Assembly (NCBI RefSeq): GCF_009914755.1
Contig: NC_060933.1
DNA length: 64,000 nucleotides
Strand: one strand, 5' to 3'
Source: the human T2T-CHM13v2.0 reference genome, Homo sapiens
Shown piece by piece: positions 1-11,790 of the stretch. The stretch's first letter is position 1, and each line of letters opens with the position of its first letter. The notes under the pieces are model-generated. The model made no database searches. It was not told the DNA's origin and saw only the letters and a program-made list of their open reading frames with translations. The translations under genes and the position numbers were made by a program.

Positions 1-35
1 TTTTAAAGGAGGAGAAGCAGTAGCTAGATAAAGCT

Positions 36-186
36 AGAAAACATATCTCATTCAGTATTGATGATAACTAAGTTTAAAAGTTGGGGAACAGAGTGAATAG
101 TCAAGTTTTCAGCCTATCTGCCAAAATGAGTACTAAGAGGATTCAAGAAAGAGGGAAACTGAGACAAAGGAGCTGAGAAGGAACAT
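36..186 (+). repeat. Local direct duplication, copy A (pairs with 1662-1812)
   Basis: Ungapped 151-bp match to 1662-1812 with 7 mismatches by manual alignment. Confidence 0.95.
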
Positions 187-401
187 GCCCAGAAGAAAGA
201 AAAGTATATGCAAAGGCAAATAAACAGGATAAGTGACCAAGGGCAACCCAAAAAAATCATTCCACACTTAACACTTAGATTGTACTCTCTGGAATTGTTC
301 TTCAGATTAATTTAAACCATTTTTCACATTTACCAATTTTTCTCACAAGAAAGGAAGCCTTAATGCTGAAATTGCCCCAACATATTTACCACTTTGCCCC
401 C

Positions 402-503
402 CATACTGAGTGAAAGATAGCCAAGGGAATCATAAAGTTTGCAACAAATTGACCACAAATTATTTTTTCAAGAAACAGGTCTCACTTAGGATTAATGATA
501 ACT
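402..503 (+). repeat. Older local direct duplication (pairs with 1595-1695)
   Basis: Shares ggaatcataa.gtttgcaa.aaattgaccaca.attattttt...tctcact...atgataact with 1595-1695; ~81% by hand. Confidence 0.9.
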
Positions 504-1179
504 GATCACAGCTTCTAAGGAATACATAACAATAGCAATGATTCAGAAAAGTAGTGAAACAGAGCATCCCCTAAAACACTTATTTTCTCAGCTGTCTTAC
601 TTTGGCAGAAGATGGACTTCCTCAGAGTGACCAACAGCACAGTAATTTTACCCAAAATGTGTCTAAACACATTTTCTCTTAATACCACCTTTTTAACCTT
701 CTCACAAGGACTTTACGCCGCATTAAAAGCAAGAAGTGGAGATGGGCAAATTGAGTATGACTAGCAAAAAGGGTGTGTTTACGCTAATTAAGAGAGATAA
801 TGCTCTCTGATGTATCAACATTATATTAAATGGAGGCACATCTCACACAAGGTTGGCATCTGAAGTTTGGATGTGAGGCACATAGTAAGTATGGTCGAAA
901 GTACTGTTGAACATCCCATAAGCCACCCACAAAGAGTAACACACATGTTTTGTGTTGAAAACCCTGTTCATTGATGTGTGTGTAAATGAATAATGCATAC
1001 AGTAATAAAAGTCTATAATAAGAGGCACCTATGCAAATGAAATTTAAGGCATTTTCATGGTATTTAAAAGATCACTTGCATAGTTGAATTTAAAAACTTT
1101 AATATATGATGTGTCTCCACTGCTCAATACTTAATGCCAGTGGAGGAGTCTAGGATTTTTACAGGTCTAAGGAATATAC

Positions 1180-1250
1180 TCTGGCAGAGAGAGCACTGAA
1201 GTTGAAATTGGAAGAGCTGGGTTTAAGCTCTGCTACTGTGACTTATTGAA
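1180..1250 (+). mobile_element. MIR SINE fragment
   Basis: agagcactgaagttgaaattggaagagctgggtttaagctctgctact resembles the MIR 5' core. Confidence 0.4.
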
Positions 1251-1594
1251 AAAGAGGGCTTACATCTCATGTCACATCAAATCTTTATAGTTTTTGTCCA
1301 AAATGTTAAGATAGTCTTGGAAATACTTGTGTCTGTATTTTGGCATGTGATATGTTGACACTGTGAACTAGATATGAAAGTAAAAGAGCCCTAGGCCACT
1401 GGGCCAGGAACTCATGGCTTCTATTCCTTTCTATGCTTAATAATAAAAATCAATCCAGGACCTTTTTATTTACCTTGGGTATCTTTACTAGTTCTCTTAC
1501 TACACCGCTCAATAAATGTTTAGGCTATTTTTAGAGCTACAAACAGTAACAATATTTTTAAACAGAGTCAAGGAGGTTTCCCCCAATAGCCTCA

Positions 1595-1812
1595 CATGTT
1601 GAATGAAAAACAGCCACAGGAATCATAATGTTTGCAATAAATTGACCACAGATTATTTTTCAGAAAACATATCTCACTCAATATTGATGATAACTAAGTT
1701 TAAAAGTTAGAGAACAGAGTGAATAGTCAAGTTTTCAGCCTATCTGCCAAAATGAGTACTAAGACGATCCAAGAAAGAGGGAAACTGAGACAAAGAAGCT
1801 GAGAAGGAACAT
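1595..1812 (+). repeat. Segment matching both upstream duplicates (402-503 and 36-186)
   Basis: 1595-1695 aligns to 402-503 and 1662-1812 aligns to 36-186. Confidence 0.9.
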
Positions 1813-3027
1813 TATTCCATTGTCCACAGCCCTGAGAGTTAAGGAAGTTATACATGTGGTCATTGCCCAGGTCCACTATCTTTGGAACCTATCAGAACTT
1901 AGAAAACCAAGGTAACTTTTTTTTAATCCTAACCTCTATACACTCTAATGGAGACAGCCCTTTGGATATGAATAGCTAAATTTGATTTCTCAAAGATGGC
2001 TGGTAAAACTAGGCTTCATTTAGGATTTCCCAGGTATCTAGGGACTATTTTCCAAATAATGCAGGCTCAATAAAACTGCCAAATGTGCTTTGTCATTTGA
2101 TTTTTTTCAGATATGAGTAATTTAATCCATATGTTGCTCATTCATAAAAATCTCTACAATGCAGTTTAAGATTTTTAAGAGCCATTTGTTTTCCCAGGAG
2201 GTCCTGGAGCTTACTTATTACTTTTCTAGAAACTAGTTTTTAAATCAAATTTCAATACAGGTGACTGACTCTCTTTTCCTTATGAAATCTGGATCCTGAA
2301 ATTTTAGGTTAGGTTTGAAAACAGATTCCAAAATGTTTTGCCTATTATTTTATTTGCAGACTATTTGTTCTGAGGTCAATTTTTGTGGGCATTTACCTCA
2401 GCTTTGTACGGAACTTAAAATCTTAGGAGTAAGCGATTCCTCCTCTATCCCAGGATCTCATGGAAAGATTCTAAATCTCCTTGCTCATGTAGGAGCTGTA
2501 TTTTCTCAGGGAACTAAGGTTTCATTTATAAAATACCTTTTTCAGGGTTCTTATTATTCTATTTCGCTAGAAGGTTAACTCACCTCATGCAGACAGGAGG
2601 TGACATGTCTGTGTCGGAAAGAAGAATCCTCCCCAGTAGATGAGGCTCAAGTTCCAACCTCAAGAAGTCATTTCGCTCCCAGGCGAAGGCCTCATTGATG
2701 ATGCCAATTCAAAGTCTCTGCCTTTCTATTTTCCTTATTTCAACTTCATCTTCAAAAAGATAAAATCTGCCTCAAAAACAGCTTAGAAATCTGTTCTCAC
2801 CCCCACTCCTCCCCGCCTCATGGTCACCCTCCACTTTCTTTGGTCTGAAACCAATTGTGTAAATTAATTCACTTCTACATTGCTAATTGCTACGGAAGCT
2901 GAGAACTCAGAGGCTGCAAATACATCTTTTTGGGTTTTTTTGCCATTTTGAAAGTACAGCTAGTCTTTTAACTGCCTTGGGGAAACAACTCTACTACCCA
3001 AATGGAAAAGGCCTCTGAGAACTGTCT

Positions 3028-3272
3028 ATTATGTAGTGATTAAATGCAGGGCCTCTGGAGGCCGACTGCCTGTATTAAAATCCCAGGGCTACCCCTTACT
3101 CCCTGTGAGTCCTCAGGCAAGTCGCTTTAGTCCCTCTGTGCCTCAGTTTCCGCACCCATAAAATGGGGATGGCAGCAATATATACCTAAAAAGACTATTG
3201 TGAGCAATGAATGAAATTAAGAGTTAGAACAAGGCCTAGCATAGTGTAAAGCATTCAAAAAATGGCAGCTTT
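3028..3272 (+). mobile_element. MIR SINE
   Basis: MIR core ggcaagtcgctttagtccctctgtgcctcagtttccgcacccataaaatggggatg, plus tRNA-like head and tail. Confidence 0.85.
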
Positions 3273-3384
3273 ACCGGGCTCTCTCCCCTTTGACTAGCTC
3301 CCTCCTGGGCCAGCACACACTGTACAGAGAATTCCAAAGCACTTGATTCAAGATATAGACACTTTATGTGTGCCTTTGCCTGTC

Positions 3385-3480
3385 ATCTATTCATTTATTC
3401 CACAAATATCTATGAAGCTATGTGCAAGATGCTGTGCTGTGTGCTGGGGTATTATTTTGTTCCCATAAAAATATAGACCC
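3385..3480 (-). mobile_element. L2 LINE 3' end fragment
   Basis: ttcatttattccacaaatatctatgaagctatgtgcaagatgctgtgctgtgtgctgggg matches the reverse-complemented L2 tail. Confidence 0.55.
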
Positions 3481-3749
3481 AAGACTCACTTTTATCAAAT
3501 GATAACAAAGGAAACAATACAGGAACCAATGCTCTCCTCTGCCCCTATCTGCCTCCTGTCTGAATCCACACACTAAGACTGGAGAAACAAATTTGTCCCA
3601 AAGGGTTCTCACACACCAGAGAACCATTAAATTAAAAAGCACTGATGCTTCTGGGAGGAAAAGACTGAAGGCTGTCAGCACTTTGCATTAACAGCTTCTA
3701 TCCAGCAGGCCCAGGCCCCTGACCCAGCTAAGGAGCCCCTTTTGCATGG

Positions 3750-4300
3750 AAACAGCCCGTGCTGCTGAATGAGACTATGCGGTGCGTTCCCTTCCAGGTG
3801 CCCGGGGACTGATGCGTGCTGCTCATTAGTGGTAAATGGTAGCTACATGTGGAAATCCCAGCACATTGAAAAGAGAATACAACCCTAAGGAACCATAAAT
3901 CACTTGCATTGATTCTAAAACTGACTGAGATGCGGCGAGAGAGTTGTTTGTTTAGAATTTAATTTGATTCGTCAGCCATTGGACAGGCCTTTATTTGCTG
4001 TTAAACTGCTACATTTCCAGCTACTGAAGCTGACTCAGGTGTTCCCGAGTTTTTGTCTTTTGTGGGGGAGGGAGGCAGATCTGTACACAGAGAGAGTGGA
4101 ATGCATTTTTGTTCAAAACCTGCTTCTGCCAGCGTTGAAAGCACTCAAGTGAAAGGTAAATCACACTGATCAAGTGACATGGTAGATTTGGGTGCCTGCT
4201 GCAGTTGGTGTGCCATAGCTGGGCACAGCTGCAAGTTGGTTGTGTTTGGCATCTTCTGATGGTAAACTTTCTATTCCCTTGTGAAGACTCAGGCAGACTG
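3750..4300. promoter_or_regulatory. Candidate enhancer (non-repetitive motif cluster)
   Basis: AP-1 TGACTCA at 4031-4037, PBX-HOX TGATTTATGG (minus strand, 3893-3902), kB-like GGAAATCCC at 3851-3859, forkhead TGTTTGTTT, locally retained CpGs. Confidence 0.35.
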
Positions 4301-4639
4301 GAAAGCATAGACCATTGTATTTACAGCTATTGGATGCAGTTCTTAAGCAGGCAAAAAAGAAAAATAAGACCCCCTTATTTCTGGCTCTCAGTTCATCAGC
4401 TATCTGAAACCCTGACCTCAGAATTTCTCACCTCCTGTTCTGCACCCCCTGAATTTCCCTTCCATATTAGCTGCTCACTGTACTAAACTTGGCCTGAGCC
4501 ATCCCATGATAATGGTCCATCTCCAGGCTCTTGATGTTATCCACCCACAACCCCCCACTTCTCTCAAAAGGATCCTGGTTTGGACAATACATTATGATTA
4601 TTGTATTTATACTGTGTGAGTCTGCTGCTAACTTGCAAA

Positions 4640-5570
4640 TATGTCTCCATTGCCTTAGAAACGAAAGTCCTGCCTTTCCAAAATTGAAAATTCCAAACTC
4701 TTTCCTCTACCGCTCACCTGCTTTCCCTCACCTCCAATTCAACCACCACTCAAATCAATCTCCTTGTCTCGCCTCCTGAAAAACTGAGGCTACTAACCAT
4801 GAGCTCCTTTATCATCTCTCCTCTCCTCCTCAGAAGATTTCTGTATCATCACTTATATTTTATGGCTTTGGGAGCAGCAAAACCAGGGTTCAAATGCCTG
4901 ATCCGCCCACCATGTAGTGGCTGTGTAAGCTTGGGCAAGTTTCCATGTCTACAAATTGAAAACCACCATTTCTATGCCACAGGACAGCTGGTATAATTAA
5001 GAATGAATACAGCACTTGATGAGGCTCACCTGGTAAGAGATAGAGGCAAGACAGCTGTCTTTCCTCTATCTCTTCCATGTCTCAGCAGCTTCCCCGGCCT
5101 ACGCTCGCTGTCTTATTTCTCTCTACTCTGTGTAGGGACTTGATCCTGCAGTTAGCCCCCCTTACTCCAAGACCATTTGTGGTCGTCTCATTGTTGTGGT
5201 TTTACCCTTAAAATCTATCAAGCCTCTAATTCTCCTATCCCGAATAATCCCTCTTGAGCTACAACTCTCTTGGCTTGGTCTCATATTTCACTTCTGAAAT
5301 GACTGTGAAGAGTCTTCTGCTACCAGCTGACGGTATGTCACAGCCTAACATCTCCTTAATTAACTGTCATCTGGCTGATATTCTGATCATTCTATAATAC
5401 TTGAGAAAGCCCTGCCTCATGATCTAGTATATCACCACCACACACCCTTTCTAAGACATCTCTTTGATACTTGAATCATGATGCTGCCCTTTCTAGAAAC
5501 GACGCTACTGCAGGGTAGCGTCCTTATGCTCACTCAAGCCCTTCCATCACCCCAACCTCTCTTTCTGCAC
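4640..5570 (+). mobile_element. Degraded L2 LINE interior, interrupted by a MIR
   Basis: C/T-rich decayed sequence with L2 ORF2-like phrasing. Confidence 0.45.
4860..5032 (+). mobile_element. MIR SINE
   Basis: ggctttgggagcagcaaaaccagggttcaaatgcctg...ctgtgtaagcttgggcaagtt. Confidence 0.75.
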
Positions 5571-5609
5571 CTAATACGCTATAAAGATAAGATTAAAATA
5601 ATTTAAAAA

Positions 5610-5902
<293 letters not shown>

Positions 5903-5954
5903 TATTATTATTTAAAGAGTTCGATGATGAAATAGGTGTAGAAGACTTTGCTTA

Positions 5955-6060
5955 CTATTTCCCTTTTTAGAGATTCTTACTGTATGTTAACAGATTAAAG
6001 GCTCTTCGAAGAGTTCTGCAGGAAAGAATACTTACCTGCTCAATAATTACCGATTGATTA
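5955..6060. mobile_element. hAT-Charlie DNA transposon fragment (Charlie4-like)
   Basis: ttaaaggctcttcgaagagttctgcaggaaagaa resembles a recalled Charlie4-type internal motif; related sequence at 47260-47350. Confidence 0.35.
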
Positions 6061-6386
6061 GTAACACCCATGAAGTACTTACTTTTATTAATATTTGACT
6101 TTTTATTGTACAAATGTCTCTTCAAGTTGTTCCTAAGCTACTAGCAAATAAAATTTGTGTTACGTATTTTTTATTTGCCTCCCAAAGCCTGTTTTCAGAC
6201 ATGGACATAGTATTAATATATATCCATTATAAACCAGACTGCAAGGTCACTTAAATATTTTTGTTTTTTAAAAAATTAATTTACACTACGTTTGTCTGAA
6301 ATGAACAGGAAAGCAATGAACGATAAAGTTTCTACGACACAACTATTTTCTTTGGCTCTCTCAAATGCCTCATTTCTCCATGTCTT

Positions 6387-6703
6387 TTTTAATTTTTATT
6401 TTTATTTTGTTTTTATTTTTTTGACATGGAGTCTCACTCTGCAGCCTGGGATGAAGTGCAGTGGCACAATCTCAGCTCACTGCAGCCTCCACCCCTGGGT
6501 TCAAGAGATTCTCCTGCCTCAGCCTCCCAAGGAGCTGGGATGACAGGCACCTGCCACCACGCCCAGCTAATTTTTGTATTTTTTGTAGAGACGGGGTTTC
6601 ACCGTGTTGGTCAGGCTGGTCTCGAACTCCTGACCTCAAGTTATCCACCCACCTTGGCTTCCCAAAGTGCTGGGATTACAGGCATGAACCACCGTGCCCG
6701 GCC
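6387..6703 (-). mobile_element. Alu SINE (AluS, Sx/Sz-like)
   Basis: Full reverse dimer with T-rich tail; TSD core tccatgtctt at 6377-6386 and 6706-6715. Confidence 0.97.
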
Positions 6704-6769
6704 TTTCCATGTCTTATACGACCTGAAGAAGGAAGGAGGTCATCTGCTGGAGCCAGGGGCCATGCTCGC

Positions 6770-6930
6770 TCCATTCAATGCATGATCACATGTAAGCTTT
6801 CTGTGAAACAGATATGACTATACACATTTTTACCAATTATAAACTGAGGCTCAGAGTCACCCACCAATGAAGTGACAGAGTCTGCATTCAAATGTAGGTC
6901 TGCTGATTCTAAAAATCTGTGATTTTTGCA
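6770..6930 (-). mobile_element. MIR SINE fragment
   Basis: aaactgaggctcagag...gcattcaaatgtaggtctgctgattctaaaa. Confidence 0.55.
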
Positions 6931-8069
6931 CAAAATGGCAGCCTTTACCAATAGTGAGGTGAGTGGAAGTGACATGCAAATGCAGCAGGTGGGAAAAGAG
7001 AGTGCCCAAGAAGAGAAAACTATTTGTCCAGTGGCTGGAATGATGAGCCTTTGCCAAGAGCATTGTGAGGCAGAGAAATTATAGCTACCAGCTGCCAACT
7101 CCCAATCTTGGGCCATAGAGAAAAGAGGAGAAAAAGATACAGAAGAAAAGGAAAACTGAACAAAGAAACAAAAAGTAATATGCTCAAATTGCCTCAGCTG
7201 CTGCAAAGCTATTTGCCCTAGGGAAAAAAATAGACTGTTTTTCCTGCCTTGACTTAGTGCTGATCACCTGGTATCATGAAAATTCGACCAGACTATGCCA
7301 GGCAGTTTGTCTACTGCAAAAGATGATGAGAGAAAAAACTATAAGCTTCCATTGGAGCCACAGACTGTGTTTTATACTTTTCTCCCATGTCTGTTTCTGC
7401 TTCCTAACAATTAAATACATGAGTGTTTATTGAATGCCATTTGAATGAATGAATGAAAATAGGTTTATGTCAGAGAGCTATTTAAATTCCCTACCACTCC
7501 TTAATTAGTTACTGCAGCCACAAAACCTTTGAGAAACAAGGCAGGTATACATTTATAAGTAAAATTATTTCCAAATTGGTATTCTGAAAAGAAGAAATAT
7601 ATTAACATTGCTTGTGGGTGGTTTAGTACATCCATCATCAAAATGTCAATATTTATACACATATGACTCTAATATTTTGATGGTGCGTTATCATAACATC
7701 TAGAATTCACTCAACACTGCCGTGCCTTCCTGACCTCTACAGCAAATCAAACTGTATCTTGTTGATCTATGTTGAGTGCAAGCTCCACTGATGGAAATAA
7801 TCTCTTCCTCTACAAGACAGGGGTAAGGTTTCCTATATGTTACATGGTAAGTAAAAATCCAGTACAACGGGAAGCAAATGGCTTGGTGGCCACTCTTCAC
7901 TAGACAATAGGAAGATAAGGACAGAAATAAAAGAAGAAACCCTTTGTTCTTGGTGCTTTTCACAGAGGATTCTTGGACCCTCTATGAAAACCCAACTCTC
8001 TGAGGCTTTTTCTGTGAAATCACTGGCAGATAGGAACTTTTCAGCTAGCACATGTCAAAGCTTCTGCCA

Positions 8070-8500
8070 GGAATGTAAACTGTACAATAATTTTTTTATG
8101 TCTTTAGACACCTAAAACAGAAACCTTAAACACCCAAGTGTCAAAATAAGACAGATAACCCAATAAATTTGCTAGAGCAGGGACAGGGAAAACAAACACA
8201 GCCTTCTGTTATACGGATGTCTGTTAGCTCGCTCCGACCACTAGCCTGAAACCTTAGCCTGCCACACGTCTTTCCTGTCGGGCTGTTTATTTAGACTCCC
8301 GTAAAGCCTCTCGGCACCCATTTTTAATTTTCAGCTTGCTTCTTGTCAGCTTTCTGAAAAGCATAGCAAGATCCACTGTTTAACAAAAACACACACAAAT
8401 CAGAGGAGGAGGAGATGGATGGCAGAGGGTAGTGGGTGCAGGCATCCCCCAGTGCACTGTGGGGGGACCACATTCCTGGTCCCATTTGTTTGTAACAGAG
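8070..8500. promoter_or_regulatory. Candidate enhancer (FOX/TEAD/RUNX motifs, CpG retention)
   Basis: GGAATGT at 8070, AAACAAACA at ~8190, TGTTTATTT at 8284, ACCACA/ACATTCCT at 8467-8477; 7 CpGs in 8214-8313. Confidence 0.35.
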
Positions 8501-9379
8501 GGCAAGGGTTGTCAATCGGGGTCATTCAATCTTGCATGCTTGGATTTAACTATACGGCTGTCCTCATAAGAAAGGTTTGCCTCGTTCGGTGCTATATTCT
8601 GCATTCATTCATAAAACACTCTGTAAATGCTCTTTGGAAATGTTAGTTTAAAAAAAAAAGAAAACTTCAGTGGTGCTAGTTCATTTCATTCTGATAGTTT
8701 TCTATTCTTGATTAGATGGCTTGAAGAGGCCTCAAGCAATAATCCCGTCCTTCCAAAGAAGGATAATAGACTTTTGAGTTTAAAGATGATCATCAGATAT
8801 GTTATTTTCCTTAAACGCACCTGATAATCCACCGAGCAGCAACTACTTATCAAGTAATTGTTACAGGCAAAGTGCTGTAGTTAGACCTGAGTAGAGAAAA
8901 CGTATTTTGTGAACCAAAAATTGGAATTCAGGATTTCATATGGAATAACTGTGGCAAATTCCAACTCAAGAGGCAGTCAGGGAGCTGCAGTATAGGTGCC
9001 CCCAATACTGGAATTTATAGGCATTTTGATAACTTCAGCAGGGGCAATATTAAAGACTATTTAAAAGTGGGCTCGTTGCTCTGTGAAAGCAAGCCTTATG
9101 GTCTGCAAAAGTAAGGGTTATAGTGGGGGATATAACATGGGGGATATAACATTTTTTCATCTCTTCACTGTCTCTCCACTTTTACCCCCATGCATTTGGA
9201 AGCAATCTCTCAGTTTCCTAGAAGCCCATAGGATCAATTTATATTTTTTTAGTAGTCATCGATCTCAACAGTGAATAGTAATTTATTCTCGATTATAGTG
9301 ATTTTCCTAAGAATGTAAGATTTTCAGGAACTGGTGGGCAAAGAAAGAAAAGAAAGGAGTTCTTTTTTTTAAAAAAAAG

Positions 9380-9965
9380 TAAATTGCTCCTATGATTCCA
9401 TCACATGTATGTGTGTGTGTGTGTGTGCACGTGTGCACACACACACATATATACAGGAAGAGGCAAAAGTCCCAGGTCACATCCAACATATACAATCCTA
9501 CCCCTTCCTCAGGGATAACCACTGTTAACATATAAAAGCACTATTTTCCTGGATTTATTCTGTGCTTAAATTTGATATACAAGCACATATATGTATATGT
9601 GTATATGCATATATGTATATGTCATATACAAATAGCCATACATACATGTATTTCTTTTTCACAAAGATGGGATTCTGCTATATATATAGATATAAAATTT
9701 GTTTTTATAATATAATTTGGTTTTATATTAACATTTTATTTTGTATATCTTGTCAAGGTCAGTACATATTTTTCTATGCAGTCTTGCTAATGGTTGCATA
9801 GTATGGCATTAAATAATTATAATATCTTTTATTTACCCAATCCCCCAACTGATGAACACATAGCTCATTGCCAATCTGGGGTATTAAAAAAGGCTGCAAT
9901 TAACATTCTTGTGAATATATTTTTTCACTGATTTGTGTTACTATTTCTAAAATGTAGAGTCCCAG
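9380..9965 (-). mobile_element. Old L1M (L1MC/L1ME) 3' region
   Basis: cagggataaccactgttaaca...atttacccaatcccccaactgatgaacac...ggctgcaattaacattcttgtg is typical reverse L1M 3' sequence. Confidence 0.8.
9402..9455. repeat. (TG)n/(CA)n compound microsatellite
   Basis: 54 bp of uninterrupted purine-pyrimidine alternation. Confidence 0.95.
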
Positions 9966-10554
9966 AAATAGTGATCCAGAGAACTGGGACTTGCCTGAGT
10001 TATTAATATATCAAAAGAAAGAATGTAAGGTGGAGGGGCAAGGGATCATCAGCATCAGAAGCAGAGAGAGTCTGGAAGGCAAATGTTGGTAGGTTCTGTC
10101 TGAGTCGTGTTGAGAGAAAAGGAAGTCTGAGTCTCTGACATCAGGTGTCTTAGTTCCACTGGCAAAGTATCTCTCTGAGGGGAGCAAGTGCCACATGCTC
10201 TCTTAGGTGAGAATTTTAATTTTAGGTGATAATTAGATAATTTATTATTGCCTAATTCCTGTAACTTATTCTGATCCTGATTCTATGCTCACTAGGCAAA
10301 ATTATGAATACAATATGGTTTCCCCAAAGATCTAACTTGAGAAAGCTGAGTATAGGGGAACATGCAGGCAGTAAACTCTCTGCCAGTCTGTGTACTGGGT
10401 TTCTGTAAATCCTCCCTGAGATATGGATCCTCTCAGTATAGTGGTAAAATTGGTTTTTAAACCTACAGGATAGCCACCCTGTGGGGCCTGCTGAAAGACA
10501 CCCTGTCATCAATATGATCAACACCTCACCTCCATTCTGTATTTTCAATTCCAA

Positions 10555-10870
10555 ATGCAGGTAACCCGTAAGCTCCTAGAAGGCAAGAGATACCCTTGAT
10601 CTGAGTTTGTCATCCCCACAGCTGGGGGACAGTGGCAGAGTGGGCATCCATTGCCAAGTCAATTTCTCAATGTTCTTCTCTTCACAATTCTCACCTCCAC
10701 TCCCACTGCGACTCCACTAGTCAGGCTCTTATGTACAACATCAGTACTGCCCTCAGCTGACTCCACTGTCTCCACTCTTGCTCTCCTTGATAGCATGTGA
10801 TGATAGTGTCCTATTATTTAAAGAATAACGTACAACCCCCTATGAGCTGGCCCTAAGACCAGCTTTCCAA
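10555..10870 (+). mobile_element. L2 LINE fragments
   Basis: gtaagctcctagaaggcaagaga (L2 tail), followed by an L2 interior-like C-rich segment. Confidence 0.5.
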
Positions 10871-11564
10871 GTTTCAAGGATAAATTCTTGTCAAAAAGTT
10901 GTCCTGGTTTACTGTTTACCTTGCTGTTAAAGAACAGAGAAATGCCTGATCACGAACTCACCACAAATGAAGTATTGACTTGGGTTTGGATACCTTTCCT
11001 GGCATTCAGTATTGCCTGGAGAAAGGTTATAAAAAGATCCAGGGCAGCTCTCTCCTTTGAGTCGGAGGCCCAGTCCTCTGAGATTTGAGATTGCCTCACC
11101 TCCAAAGTTAGGATCCCCAGGTCTGCTAAACATGTAAAAAAGGTAAAAATTTCACAGGGGAATGAAAACCATGTGGTAATGTGTGAATATTGTATAATAC
11201 CATTTTGAGACAAAAATAAATGGGCAACATAATTATGCCTTGATTGGTTTTTCATGTCAAGTCTTGATGTCTGAAAATTTGTTTCATATCTTATTTTAAA
11301 AGAAATAAAAATTGGGCCAAAGCTAGAGAAAAGAGCTATTCCTGAGTTTGGCAAGTGCCCAATGTAGATATGCCATAAATTCTTGATCAAACAGACCCCA
11401 ACTCATAGGCTTCAACCCTTAACCTGACTTTTTTTCAGTATTCCACTTTCAGAAGATATGTTTATTACAAGAAAAGAAGATCACATTGAGGCTTCCCTTC
11501 TGAAATAAACTCACAAATTTCAGAGGATGGCCCGTGGTCAGTATCAACTCTACCTGTCTTGGGG

Positions 11565-11790
11565 AGACAGCATCACAAAGGGGTGCAACTAACCTGGGGC
11601 AAAGAAAACTAGACCTAATCTCTTCCAAGGCTTGACTTCCTCATCCAAGTCAGTTAGTCTTTTTGAGTTTCAGTTTTCTTATTCATGAAATGTCGATAAT
11701 AACACTTGCCTTCTCAGTCTCAGAGGAGGACTGGGAAAATTAAATGAGGTAATGTATAGGAGAATGCTTTACCTCCACAATGCATTATTG
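11565..11790 (+). mobile_element. MIR SINE
   Basis: caagtcagttagtctttttgagtttcagttttcttattcatgaaatg...attaaatgaggtaatgtat. Confidence 0.7.

Noticed and set aside
6026-6045. Perfect minus-strand donor CAG|GTAAGT
   Set aside because: It lies within a DNA-transposon relic and has no convincing paired acceptor.
6292-6817. Overlapping 83-119 aa ORFs (also 49279-49504, 31578-31982, 63403-63627)
   Set aside because: Translations of antisense Alu sequence, a classic artefact.
6775-11390. 143-aa (6775-7206) and 146-aa (10950-11390) minus-strand ORFs
   Set aside because: Non-ATG starts, no recognisable homology; the first partly overlaps a MIR.
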